A DNA stretch of 64,000 nucleotides from Hypanus sabinus (lineage: Eukaryota), in NCBI RefSeq assembly GCF_030144855.1, contig NC_082709.1:64356001-64420000 (forward strand), written 5' to 3'. Positions 12,782 through 24,665 of this stretch are shown one piece after another; position 1 is the stretch's first letter; each line of letters opens with the position of its first letter. Below the pieces are notes generated by a model. The model searched no databases, was not told the origin of the DNA, and was given only the letters and a program-made list of their open reading frames with translations. A program made the translations under genes and the position numbers.

Positions 12782-14223
12782 CAGTGGATTCTGGTTAATT
12801 GGGACACATCAGGAGCAGCACGTTTTGGATCTGTTGTTAAGCAGCTGCCCTGACTTTCATGGTAATTGTGAGAAAGGTATAAAATCACCATTTAACTGAA
12901 TAATGCATTATGTATTTAAATGAAATGCATAATCAATTAGAATATTACCAAAATAACTGCAGTACTATAAAACTGCATATTAGTTCCTAATAGTTATCGA
13001 CAGAGGAATTCATTCGGTGTACGCTGATGTGTTCTTTTGGTTGACTGTAAATGAGCAAAATCAGTGCAGGCAGCTAGCGCAGATAGTGGAGTGCTTTCAA
13101 ACAGTGCTTTTGACAATTGCATTCTCCAAATGTTCATTTTAATTGTAACATTCAAAATGATTGTTGATATCTTCAAAGTGGTTAAAAAAGCATACAGTGA
13201 ATTGGCCTTCATCAATCATGGGATTGAGTTTAGGAGCCAAGAGGTAATGTTGCAGCTATATAGGACCATGGTCAGACCATACTTGCAATATTGTGCTCAG
13301 TTCTGGTCACCTCACTGTAGGAAGGATGTGGAAACCATAGAAAGGGTGCAGAGGAGATTTACAGGATGTCTGGATTGGGGAGCATGCCTTATGAGAATAA
13401 GTTGAGTGAACTCGGCCTTTTTTCTTGGAGCGACGGAGGACGAGAGGTGACCTGATAGAGGTGTATAAGATGATGAGAGGCATTGATCATGTGGATAGTC
13501 AGAGGCTTTTTCCCAGGGATGAAAGGGCTAGCACGAGAGGGCACAGTTTTAAGGTGCTTGGAAGCAGGTACAGAGGAGATGTCAGGAGTAAGTTGTTTAT
13601 GCAGAGAATAGTGAGTGCATGGAATGGGCTGCCAGTGACAGTGGTGGAGGCAGATATGATAGGGTCTTTTAAGACTCCTGGACAAGTGCATGGAGCTCAG
13701 AAAAATAAAGGTTATGGGTAACCGTAGGTAATTTCTAAGGTGAGGACATGTTTGGCACAGCTTTGTGGGCCAAAGGGCCTGTATTGTACTGTAGGTTTTA
13801 TAAATTTTTCATAGGTCCAAACATGTTGAAATAGTAAAATTGTTTCTTTATCACTCCGGGCCAGTTCTGGCACCTCCAAGCCTGCATGTTTGAAACCCCC
13901 AGTGAGCAAAACAATTCTGAACTGCTGGATTGTTTATTACTCGTCAACTATCAGTGGTGTAAGTCACTGCATTTGGAACTTAAATGTGCAAGTGACGCTA
14001 TTTAAAAACTGTTCTCTCTGACTACAGTGTGGTGTCTAATGGCCACACAAAGTGCACATGACTGATGCTATGTAGAAAATATTCAGCAACAGTCTCCTGC
14101 CCCAGTTAAGCAAATAGATCAAGGAACTCCCAGCTATCTTCTCAATTCATTTTGTTCTTTAAAAGTTGTTCCAAATAAGCGGCTGCATCATTAACTGACA
14201 TCTCAATTAACCGAAATCCACTG
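12782..14223. mobile_element. Non-autonomous Tigger/pogo-like DNA transposon carrying a CR1 insertion
   Basis: TIRs CAGTGGATTCTGGTTAATTGGGAC / ATCTCAATTAACCGAAATCCACTG, TA-flanked; related copies at 19252 and 32745. Confidence 0.8.
13178..13801 (+). mobile_element. CR1 LINE 3' end (5'-truncated)
   Basis: VVKKAYSELAFI..LYRTMVRPYLQYCAQFWSPH..ERVQRRFT..RGDLIEVYK; CR1 tail. Confidence 0.9.
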
Positions 14224-15769
14224 TATAAATATTGAAGCAGTCCTACAAAACACAATGTACAAGTAACCCTTATTTCTATAAACAAATTGTAAGTACATAA
14301 AGTGATGCTAAATGATGTGTACTGTATGTAGTGGTGGTGGGGTGGGTTAATGAATGGGGGTGTTGATCAGCCTGACGACTTGGGAGAAGGAACTGTTTTT
14401 CAGTCTGGTGGTCCTGACGTGGACGCTGTGTAGCCTCTTCCCTGATGGGAGTCGAACAAACAGTGGGTGGAATTCTTCACAATACTGCTGGCCTTTTTTT
14501 CTGCGCCTTTCTGTCTACTTGTGGTTGCTGGCGATGCTTCGGGAAGTTGTAACCACTCATTGTAGAGCTTAATGCATTAAGAGTGTGGCGAGATGGGGGC
14601 GGAGGGGGGGGATCCTTGGTCGTAATTGCTAATGGATGAATCTTGGCCAAAGCTTTGGTAGAATGTTACTTTTCTTCCTCAGTTTGTGCTGTGGTTCTCC
14701 ATGTTCATCAGAGAGGACAGATGTGGGGGTTGTTTCAACAGCCCATGAAAGATCCTTGTGCTACCTTATTTATGTTGTTGACGTCAATAGTGGCAATGCA
14801 ATTCAAATAACGTACTTATGTTATTTTTGTTGTTGCAGATGTCACTTGCTAATTGAAGGGAAATCATTTGCAAACAGGCAACTGCTCTAATTATAGAGAG
14901 TATTTTCCCTCATCTTGGTTATTTGATTTTGTGAGTAAACAAATGTACGTTGGCGAAGTGTGATATGTCTGTTCTCCGCCCCCCACAGCTTGCCCATTGA
15001 GGTAATAGAATTCTTGTCGATAAACCACAACCCATCAGTTATATCAGTGCTTGCTAGCATACTCAAAATAAACCTACAACAAGTGCCATTTTCCATATTG
15101 TATTTGTAATGGAGTTACTCCAAGAAAAGCGAACGTGTGCGCATTCCTCCACTGAGGTGGAGTTTCGGACCATGAGTTTTAATTAATTGCTTGAGAAAAG
15201 AGGATTAATACTCAGTCTTCTTTAGTCCTGTTACTGGATATGAATATGTGGTTGCTATTCCCTGCAGTCTTTGCTGGAGATGTCAGAATCTTTGTTTGAC
15301 ATTTTCCTTCTTTTCTGTGTCCCAGGTAAAATTTAGCGTGTTCTTTTGCACTGCAGTTGTCTGCAAAGAAGGTATTCATCCCATTGTGCCTGTGCCAGTT
15401 TTTTGAAACACTTGATGTAAATACCCTTTTGCTAGCACTCTGCATTGCCCCCCCCTCCAACTTTTGTAGTGTTGACCCAATTTACATTGAATCACTTTGA
15501 GGCAGGTCATATGAAAACTCAGTGAAATCTCTTTCCTATACACTTTCTCCCAATTATTTAAGTCTAAAGGTCCTGGCCAATGTGCCTTTTGTCAAAAGGT
15601 ATTGTTTCTTCCTCTATACTGTATGAAAAATGTTCATGATTTTGAGGAGCTCTGTTATTCCCATGTTTCATTCATCATCATGGGATTCAGCCATTGCTTT
15701 TGTGGTCTCCTCAGAGAAATCCCCTTTCCCTAGTGTAGTCATACTAAATCTCCTCTGGGTCTCAAAATC

Positions 15770-16330
15770 ATGGTCATATAGCAGGGAAGTAGGCCTGCAG
15801 ACCACCATGTCCTTACGACTCATTTTTGCTCGCTAATACTAATCCCATTTGTCTGCATTTCTATGCCTATCTTTCTATGCCACGCTATTTAAGTGCTGTC
15901 AAAATATAGTGATTGTATCTGATTCCACTACCTCCATTGGCAGCCTGATTCTGAGACTCAATCACTCACTATGCAAATAAATCAATTTCTCCTCGGGTTC
16001 CTCTAAAAACTTCATCTCACCTTAAGCCGATGCCCTCTTGTTTTAGATACCCCTCCCATGACAGTAAGATTTTGTGTATCCTCTCTGTATTTCTCATAAA
16101 CATCATGTCACCCCTGGGCTCTTTAGTTTCAGGCTATTCAATCCCAGCCTCTATTCAATCTCTCCACCTAACTAACGTCATCTAATCCAGGTGATATCCT
16201 GGCAAATTTCCTTAGTGTTCTCTCCAGTACAGTCAAATCCTTTCAATAGTGCAGTATATCAAAAGCTCTCCAGTGAGTTTAGGCTCAGAGCCATCAAACA
16301 CTCTTAGTTAACCTTTTCATTTCCAGACAT
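15770..16330 (-). mobile_element. CR1 3' region, degraded
   Basis: Colinear decayed similarity to the CR1 3' ends at 28865 and 3886. Confidence 0.5.
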
Positions 16331-16373
16331 TTTTTGAGCAGTTGTGTAATATCCCATCACACACATATTGGGC

Positions 16374-16706
16374 AATCAAGTCAAGTCAAGTCGCTTTTTA
16401 TTGTCATTATGACCATAACTGCTGGTACAGTACACAGTAAAAACGAGACAGTTTTTCAAGACCATGGTGCTACATGAAACAATACAAAAACTACACTGAA
16501 CTACGTAAAACAACACAAAAACTACATTAGACTACAGGCCTACCCAGGACTGCATTAAGTGCACAAAACAGTGCAGGCATTACAATAAATAATAAGTAAT
16601 ACAATAGGCACAGTAGAAAGCAGTAAGTTGGTGTCAGTCCAGACGCTGGGTATTGAGGAGTCTGATGGCTTGGGGGGAAGAAACTGTTACATTGTCTGGT
16701 TGTGAT
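16374..16706 (-). mobile_element. Rex/Babar-type LINE 3' end
   Basis: (TCAAG)n tail plus TTTTTATTG poly(A) signal; reverse strand encodes TTRQCNSFFP..AIRLLN-like C-terminus. Confidence 0.7.
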
Positions 16707-16777
16707 CATTGCTCCAAAGCAAAATGGGACATCTTTTTTTAAAACCTAAAAATACTACTCACCATTCCCATGTCCTA

Positions 16778-16945
16778 TAGAATGAGAATTTCTTATTCCG
16801 TTCACTATTGTTTACAGTTGAAAAGTAGTTCTACGTGTATACCAGTCTATAGGCTATCTGAGTTTTCTTACATTCTTGCCTAATAGGCACAAAATACGTT
16901 ATTTGACTGTGACATCAAGCAAAATAATTCATATCACTCCCGTCT
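16778..16945 (+). repeat. 168-bp direct repeat, copy 1
   Basis: TAGAATGAGAATTT..ATAGGCACAAAAT..GACATCAAGCAAAATAATTCATATCACTCC; colinear with 17792-17959. Confidence 0.95.
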
Positions 16946-17577
16946 ACCGTATAAACACTCAATTTCACTAAGGATTGGTTTGTCAGTAAGCAATATGTAT
17001 GGTATCAGACACTGCCTTAATAACTGTACTGTTCTCAGATCACTGTCATGTTTTATGCATTGCTTTTTGATTCATGGTTAATACATTTGCTAAGGTAAGT
17101 TATATTGTATGTTGGTCCTGAATTTTTTTTTCTTTGTAGAGTCCAAACCATTGCAGTTGTAAGCAATCTGATTTTTAACTTCATGTCTGCTAGTCAAACA
17201 AATATGTCGATGGGATGAAAAATACTTTAGCGGAGTTTTGGGCTCGCTCTTTCATCTTCCACATTTCAGCAGTGACAGTTTGCAAGCAGAAGCTAATGTC
17301 CCCAGCTGAAGGCATTTTCAATTACATTGCATCTTAAGTTTTAAATTGCAGCGCCAGACATAGTAACAAAAAATAGTAATTTTTAATTTGAAAATCACAT
17401 TGGTAAATTGCACAGGGCTTTAGTGTGCATTAAAGTGTAGGATGATTAAAATTGATTGGGATAAGTGACTGGGAATGGGATGGGTTATTGAAATAAAAGG
17501 CATTTGAAAACATGGCTGAAAGGAAGCTATATAGCATGGTTATAGCTTCAAAATCATTGTAATAAACCAGCTACTGA

Positions 17578-18690
17578 GATTTTGTTTTACAAATATACTG
17601 TACAATTATTATAAATACAAACCACTACTGACAGTACAATTGTACAATCATATAAAAAACAAAAATCTGACAAATCATGACTAAAACAGATAAAACTAAC
17701 AAATTCCCATCTTGAATGGTCTCAATACACCTCTATGTTACACGAGTTCCCTTTCAACAGCTACTGGGGCATGAACATATACCCTGAATTGTAGAATGAG
17801 AATTTTTTATTCCATTCACTATTGTTTCAAATTGAAATGTAATTCTATGTGTATACCAGTCTGTAGGCTATCTGAGGTTTCTTACGTTCTTGCCGAATAG
17901 GCACAAAATGTGTTATTTGACAGGGACATCAAGCAAAATAATTCATATCACTCCTGCCTTTGCCAGGCAGTTCAGCCCAGGCAGAACCCTCTGCTGCCCG
18001 TCTCCAGGAACCTCAGATACCTATCTTCACCAGCTCCAGGAGCAGGTTAAACAGAATATCTAGGAAAACCTCCTTCCTCCATGCCCCTCTCGATACTGGA
18101 TGATCAAAGGTGGTGGGACTAAAACATGGCCAGAAGGTGAGGAGCAGTCCTCTCAGATATGTGAATCGGAACTGCATCCTCACACACTCCAAGTGCATAT
18201 AAAACATGGTCTTTTCCAGCCCGCAGAAGCAATTGGTGACTGGGAGAACTTGTTACAAGGCATGCTCCATCCTCCACCCTCCGCCCCGTTTCCCCAATAC
18301 GCAAGGGGTGGACACCCGCATAAAAGGACCCACTGGTGACCCTCCTTGCTCTCAGCTGGAGAGACTGACAACCATGGTGTGTCAGTCTGGAGAACAAGGG
18401 CTAGGAAATGGATGGTGTGGGGCAGCAACCCACACAGGTATACCTCCCACCTGCATCTCTGAATGGTACTGTAGGAGTCAACGTGACAGGGCTCAGCTGA
18501 TGAGGGACCGGCACCCAGATAAGATTCCGCAGCCAAGTTCCAACAGGCAACTCCAGTAGAGCAAAGCTGGGCTCAGCCAGAACACTGAGCTACATCAACA
18601 CCTGATGAGGTAGGGCAGGGGTAGGCCATTCCTTCAGCTGGAACACCACTAGTGGAGTGGGATCCCAGAAGGATCCTCTCCACACCCACT
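17578..18690 (-). mobile_element. Tx1-clade (L1 group) ORF2 C-terminus and 3' UTR, interrupted at 17792-17959
   Basis: Frameshifted FYAGVHPLRIG..PCNKFS..HLECVRMQ..YLRGLLLTFW.CFSPT..HPVSRGA..LLLELVK, resuming as an FRGYVHA..VERE-like segment after the insert; GC-rich relative to flanks; A-rich tail near 17580. Confidence 0.7.
17792..17959 (+). repeat. 168-bp direct repeat, copy 2 (inside Tx1 element)
   Basis: Colinear with 16778-16945 with scattered substitutions. Confidence 0.95.
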
Positions 18691-18951
18691 TTCAATATTC
18701 AATGTTTCGATGAGATACTCCCTCATTCTTATAAACTCTGAAGAGTACTGTCAGAGCATCAAATTCTCCTCGTATGTTAACCCTTTTATTCCCAAAATCA
18801 TTCTCATGAACTTCCTCTGGACCCTCTCCAATGCCCGCATATATTTTCATAGATAAGGGCTCCAAAACTGTACACAATACTCCCAAGTGCACTCTGACCA
18901 ATGCCTTATAAAGCCTCAGCGTTACATCCTTCCTCGTGTATTCTAGTCCTC
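18691..18951 (-). mobile_element. CR1 RT-thumb fragment
   Basis: RGLEYTRKDVTLRLYKALVRVHL (ORF 18692-18994). Confidence 0.8.
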
Positions 18952-19250
18952 TGTCATGTTTTGTAACTCCTGAAACGAATTGAAAGAAAAACACAGGAGC
19001 TGGGATACTTGCCTACATTGGTTTTGTTTTTTTATTGAGGCTCTCAAATAATGACCTAGACCTCACGTACTTTTTACATGTAACCAAACAAAAAATGCTT
19101 AAACAATATGTTTCCAAAATTATTCAAATATTACTGAAATATTAAATACTGCATTCCTTCCTGCTTAGCAATAAACTCTAGCTCAATATAGAATGCATCT
19201 CAACTCAAATATGCAACATATTACTCTCTGGTTATCTTATAACTGTATAT
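18952..19250 (-). mobile_element. Probable Gypsy-type LTR with adjoining polypurine tract
   Basis: Begins TGTCATGTTTTGTAAC; ~200-bp AT-rich unit followed by TTCCTTCCTGCTT (reverse AAGCAGGAAGGAA, PPT-like). Confidence 0.45.
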
Positions 19251-19251
19251 A

Positions 19252-20092
19252 CAGTGGGTTCCACTTAATTGGGACACATCAGGACCAGTACATTTTGGCC
19301 AAATTATGTGGCTACTCCATTAACTGAAGTGTCATGGAAATAGTTAACAGACAGAATGAAGACAAACTACTGTTTAACTGAGTAAAAATTATGCATTTAA
19401 ATTAAATACAGAACAAGATAATGCACTACGAATACTACTACAGTGTTATAAAACTATGTATTAGTTATAATAGTTATTGATAGAAGAATTACTAGCAGTC
19501 ATGTTCATTTGTTAACAAACAAAATCAACAGACGCCGAGCGCAGATGGTTGACCATCTTCAATGCCTTCCTGCACAAAGTCAAAATAAAAAACAAAATGA
19601 TCAAAAATCATTGCTTTTTGAATTGGCATCAGTCAGCTCAAATGGATAATATAACATAAGCACATGCAACTGATACTGTTTAAAAACGGTTCACTCCTTA
19701 ATGTCTAAAGCCATTTCTGGCATCTCCAAACTTGAATGTTTGAAACCACAGTGAGCAAAAGCTGTGAATTGTCTTGCCAAATGGTCATTTTCCTTATGCT
19801 TTTCCCATTGAGGTTGCTTGGCCTGCTGAGCTCCTCCAGCATTTGGTATGTGTTGCTTGGATTTCCAGCATCTGCAGATATTCTCTTACTGCTGAACTGT
19901 CTTACTGGTTTTTCTTGCCAACTATCAGTGATGAAACTCTCTGTTTTTTGAACAAAAACACACCTAACTAATGTTATTTTAAAATCTGATTGTTTGAAGC
20001 ATGGTGTAGTGTCTAACGGCCATGCAAGTGCACGGAACTGATGTTTTTTAGAAACTATTTGGCAACTGACTCTTGCTCCAACTAAGTGGCAC
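19252..20092. mobile_element. Second copy of the Tigger-like non-autonomous element (right end truncated)
   Basis: TA-CAGTGGGTTCCACTTAATTGGGACACATCAGGA; internal sequence colinear with 12782-14223. Confidence 0.75.
19780..19888 (+). mobile_element. Penelope-like 3' tail fragment inserted in the Tigger-like element
   Basis: GGCCTGCTGAGCTCCTCCAGCATTT..GATTTCCAGCATCTGCAGA; flanked by degenerate TGAATTGTCTT/TGAACTGTCTT duplication. Confidence 0.7.
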
Positions 20093-20099
20093 AGTGTTC

Positions 20100-20180
20100 A
20101 AACAACAACATCCATGGACTCTCTGTTATGTATTCTGCCGATTATTTCCTCAAAGAATTCCAACAGATCTTCAGGTGGGT
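20100..20180 (-). mobile_element. Short CR1 RT fragment
   Basis: Reverse strand encodes LLEFFEEIIGRIHNRESMDVV. Confidence 0.6.
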
Positions 20181-20704
20181 TATCAGGTCCTGAAGAGGAG
20201 AGCCGCCACTGTGTGTGGAGACATACCAGCGACCGTCTCCCATTTCCACTTGGGAGACTCAGGACCTCTGTAGAGACTCAGTGTTTTCTGTTGCCCTGGA
20301 AGAGGTCTACTAACTTCCTCTACATTCTTGTTGCAAAGGTGGGGCTAAGGTGACCATACAGTCCCATAACATGCAGAGCACCAGTTGAGGTTTCATTCCA
20401 GTCTTGTCTCAGATGTGTTTCGTGATCAGTGTTGCATTGAAAGTTATTTGGACAGATGCTATTTGGTCGTGCTGTGATTTGACTGTGCATATTATGAAAA
20501 TACAATCTTAAATTTTCAACTGTTTTTCTAGTAAGGTGGAGAGGAGTGCTTTCAAATCCACAACATTTGCTATAAATGCATGATAGATTGGTTTGTTCTG
20601 TTGGAATAAGTGTGTCTGAGGAGCAGACTGAAGGAATCTGCAGAACTTGCAACTGTATATACATTATTTATTATTGCCAACATCCAGTCCCTTAGTACTT
20701 TTAG

Positions 20705-20870
20705 CATCATAAGACTATAAGGCATTGCTGCAGAAATAGGCTATTTGGCCCATCGTGTCTGCTCCGCCATTCAATCATGGCTGATTTATTTTCCCTCTCA
20801 ACCCCGTTCTTTTGCCTTCTCCCAATAATATTCAAGAACTTCCCTCTTTTAATTATACCCAGTGACTTGG
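20705..20870 (-). mobile_element. CR1 3' end
   Basis: CATAAGAC-type tail and GGCCCATCGTGTCTGCTCCGCCATTCAATCATGGCTGAT. Confidence 0.75.
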
Positions 20871-21452
20871 TACATGATAGGAAGAAGTCTAAGTGAACTA
20901 AAACAAATGCCAATTCCAATAACTTACTGAATTTCAACTGACGATGCAGCAGCTGAGCTTGGGTTTCAACATTTTATCCACAACTTCTGCTTAGAATGTC
21001 CTTCAAATGTGTTTGTATGATATGTATTCAGCTCTTGTTCATCTTTTTTTTTTGACCCTTTAACTGCCTCTCACTTGCCTGTTCATCATTCAGCCTAGAT
21101 GAGTTGAAAGCTCCCAGTAGGCACAGAAGTGACCAAAGTCATTAGGTCAGGTCATATTTGACACAGCCACACCTCCTCTATGAGTTTGTTCCCTTGCTTG
21201 TCCTATAATTTGGTGGTGTCTGCATTTCTGCTGGTGGATCCTGGAGGCTGCGTCGCTTCCAAAACACACTGATAGCCTTTTAACAGCTGACTTTGTCAAA
21301 GACCTTTACAGCAGTTTCTAAATTTCTCCGATAATTGGATAAATTTGAAAAAATCATCTGAAGTATATTCAAATAATTACAGAACTTAAACATTAATTAA
21401 GCTTAGAAAATATTTAAGTGCATTTATTTAATTTAAATTAATATAAAATATC

Positions 21453-22465
21453 TTTCTTTTTCAATCTTTTTATTATTGTTATTAATATCAACAAAATACA
21501 ATTGATACATAGATAATGGGATTACAAACATACACATTTCAACTGCACATGAAAGAATACATAAGCAATGATTACAGTATAAATGAGTCTTCCCAAATCA
21601 TGAACGATACAATATATAAATAAACAAGGCAAATCTAGGTATATCATAATATGTAATTTTAAAAAAAGCAGAAAAAAGAAAAAGAAAAAAAGAAAATATG
21701 CAAAAAAAACTAATCTAATAATCTAATAGCTAATAAGGAGAGAGAAAAAAAGGAAAAAAGAAAAAAAGAAAAACTGAAATAAGAAAAAAAAAGCTGTTTA
21801 TAATGTCTCATAAAAATACAGAATCATCAGTGTCGTCAACTCCGATCCTCTCAACATACATAAAATCAAAACTGGAAAATCAAATAGGCTTGAAACAGGG
21901 TCATATTATATCATATGAAAATATTGAATAAATGGTCTCCATATCTTTTCAAATTTAATAGAGGTATCAAATACACCACTTCTAATTTTTTCTAAAGTTA
22001 AACATAACATAGTTTGAGAAAACCAGTGAAATACAGTAGGAGGATTAATTTCCTTCCAGTTCAACAAAATAGATCTTCTAGCCATTAGTGTAAGAAATGC
22101 AATCATTTGACAGGCAGAAGAAGATAAATGAAGTGAGTCCATCATTGGTAAACCAAAAATTGCGGTAATAGGATGGGGTTGTAAATCAATGTTCAATACC
22201 GCAGAAATAATATCAAAAATATCTTTCCAATATTTTTTCAAAAGCAGACACGACCAAAACATATGAGTTAAAGACGCTATTTCAGATTGACATCTATCAC
22301 AGATAGGATTTATATAGGAATAAAAATGAGCCAATTTATCCTTGGACATATGGGCCCTATGTACGACCTTAAACTGTATTAATGAACGTTTGGCACATAT
22401 AGATGATGTATTAACTAATTGAAGAATTCTATCCCAATTCTCAATAGGAATAATAAGGTTACGCC
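21453..22465 (-). mobile_element. L1-clade LINE, 5'-truncated, with intact ORF2 C-terminus and 15-bp TSD
   Basis: Open frame LIQFKVVHRAHMSKDKL..CDRC..LTHMFWSC..W (ORF 21906-22349 extends to the junction); AATAAA and A-rich tail; TTAATATAAAATATC at 21438-21452 and 22466-22480. Confidence 0.9.
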
Positions 22466-22869
22466 TTAATATAAAATATCAATTTCATTTAAAGATAACA
22501 AATCCAGTTCATTTTTTCTGTGCAATTCAGCAGCCCCATTGAATTGAATGCCCTCATGAGTCCAAGGGCAGAGCGAAAGATGAGATGTGTGAAAATCTGA
22601 TCTTCATACATTTCCTGGTTTCTATTCTGCTAAGCATGTTCTCAAATTCTATTCATGTGCCAGTAGCACAGAGATAGATTTGCTCTGTATGAACCATCAG
22701 TTAAAAGTGAGTTTGTTTCAGGCCATTGTCTTAGATCCTTGACACAAACTCTGTTTTCTGAGCTCCTGATTCCACTGTTTCTTATCCAACTGATCCTGAA
22801 TATTTGCAAACTTGCAGTTAATTTGAAATTGATCTCATAATTGCATCTGGAACTCAGGTGTTTATGAGA

Positions 22870-23220
22870 GTGAGAGGTGACTTTGCTCAATTCAGATACA
22901 CAATGACAAAACACCATTTCTGCTTGGTGGAGAGTCCAGAGTTGTGGGTAGATTCAAGATACAGACAAAAATAAAGCACTTTTGATTAAAAGTAATGAGG
23001 AATTTATGTAAATAGGAGTTTCTAATATCTTTGGAATTCCATCTCAGGAAATGGATACTCGGCCACTGCATCTACTCAAGGCCAAGACTAAAAAATGTTG
23101 GGGTTGATGGGGGGTATTGGGGATCAGGATATATGGTCAGTAGTGATTGAGGCAGGTTGAACAATTTTACATGAATGGCAGAGCAGGCTCAAAGGATCTT
23201 ATAGCCTATTTTTTCTATTG
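22870..23220 (+). mobile_element. CR1 3' end, degraded
   Basis: TGGTGGAGAGTCCAGA..GAGGAATTT..GAATGGCAGAGCAGGCTCAAAGG. Confidence 0.5.
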
Positions 23221-23239
23221 AGACTGGTTGATAATTTGT

Positions 23240-23720
23240 AATGTCATCCTCCTCTTTCAACTCCTTAGCCCATCTACTATTGAGCTCCTTTTTACCTTTG
23301 GACGCAAATATTCCAGTGCTATCTTGGTTGGCCTCCTATCTTCTCCTTTCCATAAATGTGCTCATCTGGAATTCTGTTGACCATCTAACTTGTAACATCT
23401 CCCTTCCCTGTGTTCAGTGATAGTCAAATCAGCAAGACCCTAATTTCGGACTTCTCTGTTTGTTCACAGTTTTCCGCACTCGCTTCTCCATCACTGCTGA
23501 TCTTATCTCAGCTTTAAATCCACTCTCCCAGATAATTTTAGCCATCTCCACCCTCTGTCACAATCATTGTCTTTATTTAAGTTTGGGGTATTACTTTAAG
23601 GCCCAAGTTTCTCACCCTGAAACTGCAACCTTGCTGTGATTACTCTTTTTTTGCAAATCTTTAAATAACCTTCAGCAATGTACATTAGTCATTAACCTTG
23701 CTATATAAATTAAAGTGTCT
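23240..23720 (+). mobile_element. L2 LINE 3' fragment, degraded
   Basis: TATTCCAGTGCTATCTTGGTTGGCCTCC (YSSAILVGL, L2 thumb-like); ends GCTATATAAATTAAAGT. Confidence 0.4.
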
Positions 23721-23764
23721 TGGATGAACTACTGGTGGGATCCATGTTGAGGGCTGAACCAGTA

Positions 23765-24665
23765 CAGTCGGACCTCCTTGTCCGCGAGGGATTGGTTCCG
23801 GGATCCCTCGCGGACAACAAAATTCGTGGATGTTCAAGTCCCTTATTTAACCTGTCTCAATGCAGTGGATCTTAGGACCCAGCGGAACCGAAGACTTTAT
23901 TTAACCTGTCTCAGTGTGGTGGGCCCAGCAGCAGAGATCTGAATCCGCAGTGTTTCTGTTCACGAAAATAATCACGATAACAATTGAAAATAAAGTGAAA
24001 ATAATAAAGCGATCGGAAAGAGGTGAAACACCATCGGTCATTGTAAAAGCATTGGGCTTCATCGGTCAACGATCGGAACAATTTTAAAGGATAAAGTGAG
24101 AAAGGCTCTGCCCCGATGAAAGCGACAATTATTACTAAGCAACACAGTGGTTTAATTATTGGGTTTGGTGGGTTTGGGTTTTTGATCCTCCACATCAACC
24201 CGGCACGGTGGAGAGCGCACTCAATAGCGATCTGTCACTGGATCGAACTCGGGAATTTCCGGAGCCCAGCGCTGAAACATGCGTTCTTAAGTGTTTTATA
24301 TGCATAGAAAGGTTAAATATATACTATATATGAATGCAAACGTTTGACTAACTGATGCTAAATAATACCGGATGTACCTGTTCCAACTTACTTAGTAAGA
24401 GAACTTCCGATTTTTTTCGATCCCGANNNNNNNNNNNNNNNNNNNNNNNNNNNNNNNNNNNNNNNNNNNNNNNNNNNNNNNNNNNNNNNNNNNNNNNNNN
24501 NNNNNNNNNNNNNNNNNNNNNNNNNNNNNNNNNNNNNNNNNNNNNNNNNNNNNNNNNNNNNNNNNNNNNNNNNNNNNNNGTGCTGGAAGAGCACATCCGG
24601 GTTTTTGCAATTCGCGGTTGGTTGAATTCGCGGATGCGGAATTCGCGGATAAGGAGGGCTGACTG
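23765..24665 (+). mobile_element. MER2/Tigger-like DNA transposon deletion derivative (spans assembly gap)
   Basis: TA-CAGTCGGACCTCCTTGTCCGCG..GGATTGGTTCC / CGCGGATAAGGAGGGCTGACTG-TA TIRs; HTH remnant ITIENKVKIIKRSERGETPSVIVKALG..STIGTILKDK; CpG-rich. Confidence 0.85.
24427..24579. other. Assembly gap (153 N)
   Basis: Run of N. Confidence 1.

Larger units (their letters stand above)
12595..14570 (-). mobile_element. Rex/Babar-type LINE 3' region, split by a DNA transposon (12782-14223)
   Basis: 14350-14520 reverse-translates to LPSGKRLHSVHVRTTRLKNSSFSQVVRLIN; AT-rich UTR continues on the other side of the TA insertion site. Confidence 0.55.

Noticed and set aside
17095-17164. Strong donor AAG|GTAAGT and a candidate 19-nt micro-exon (17140-17158)
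   Set aside because: Implied intron is only ~45 nt, exon length is not a multiple of 3, and no supporting exons were found
16778-17959. Direct repeats interpreted as LTRs of a TRIM element
   Set aside because: No TG..CA ends, PBS or PPT; the second copy interrupts a Tx1 element whose tail lies between the repeats
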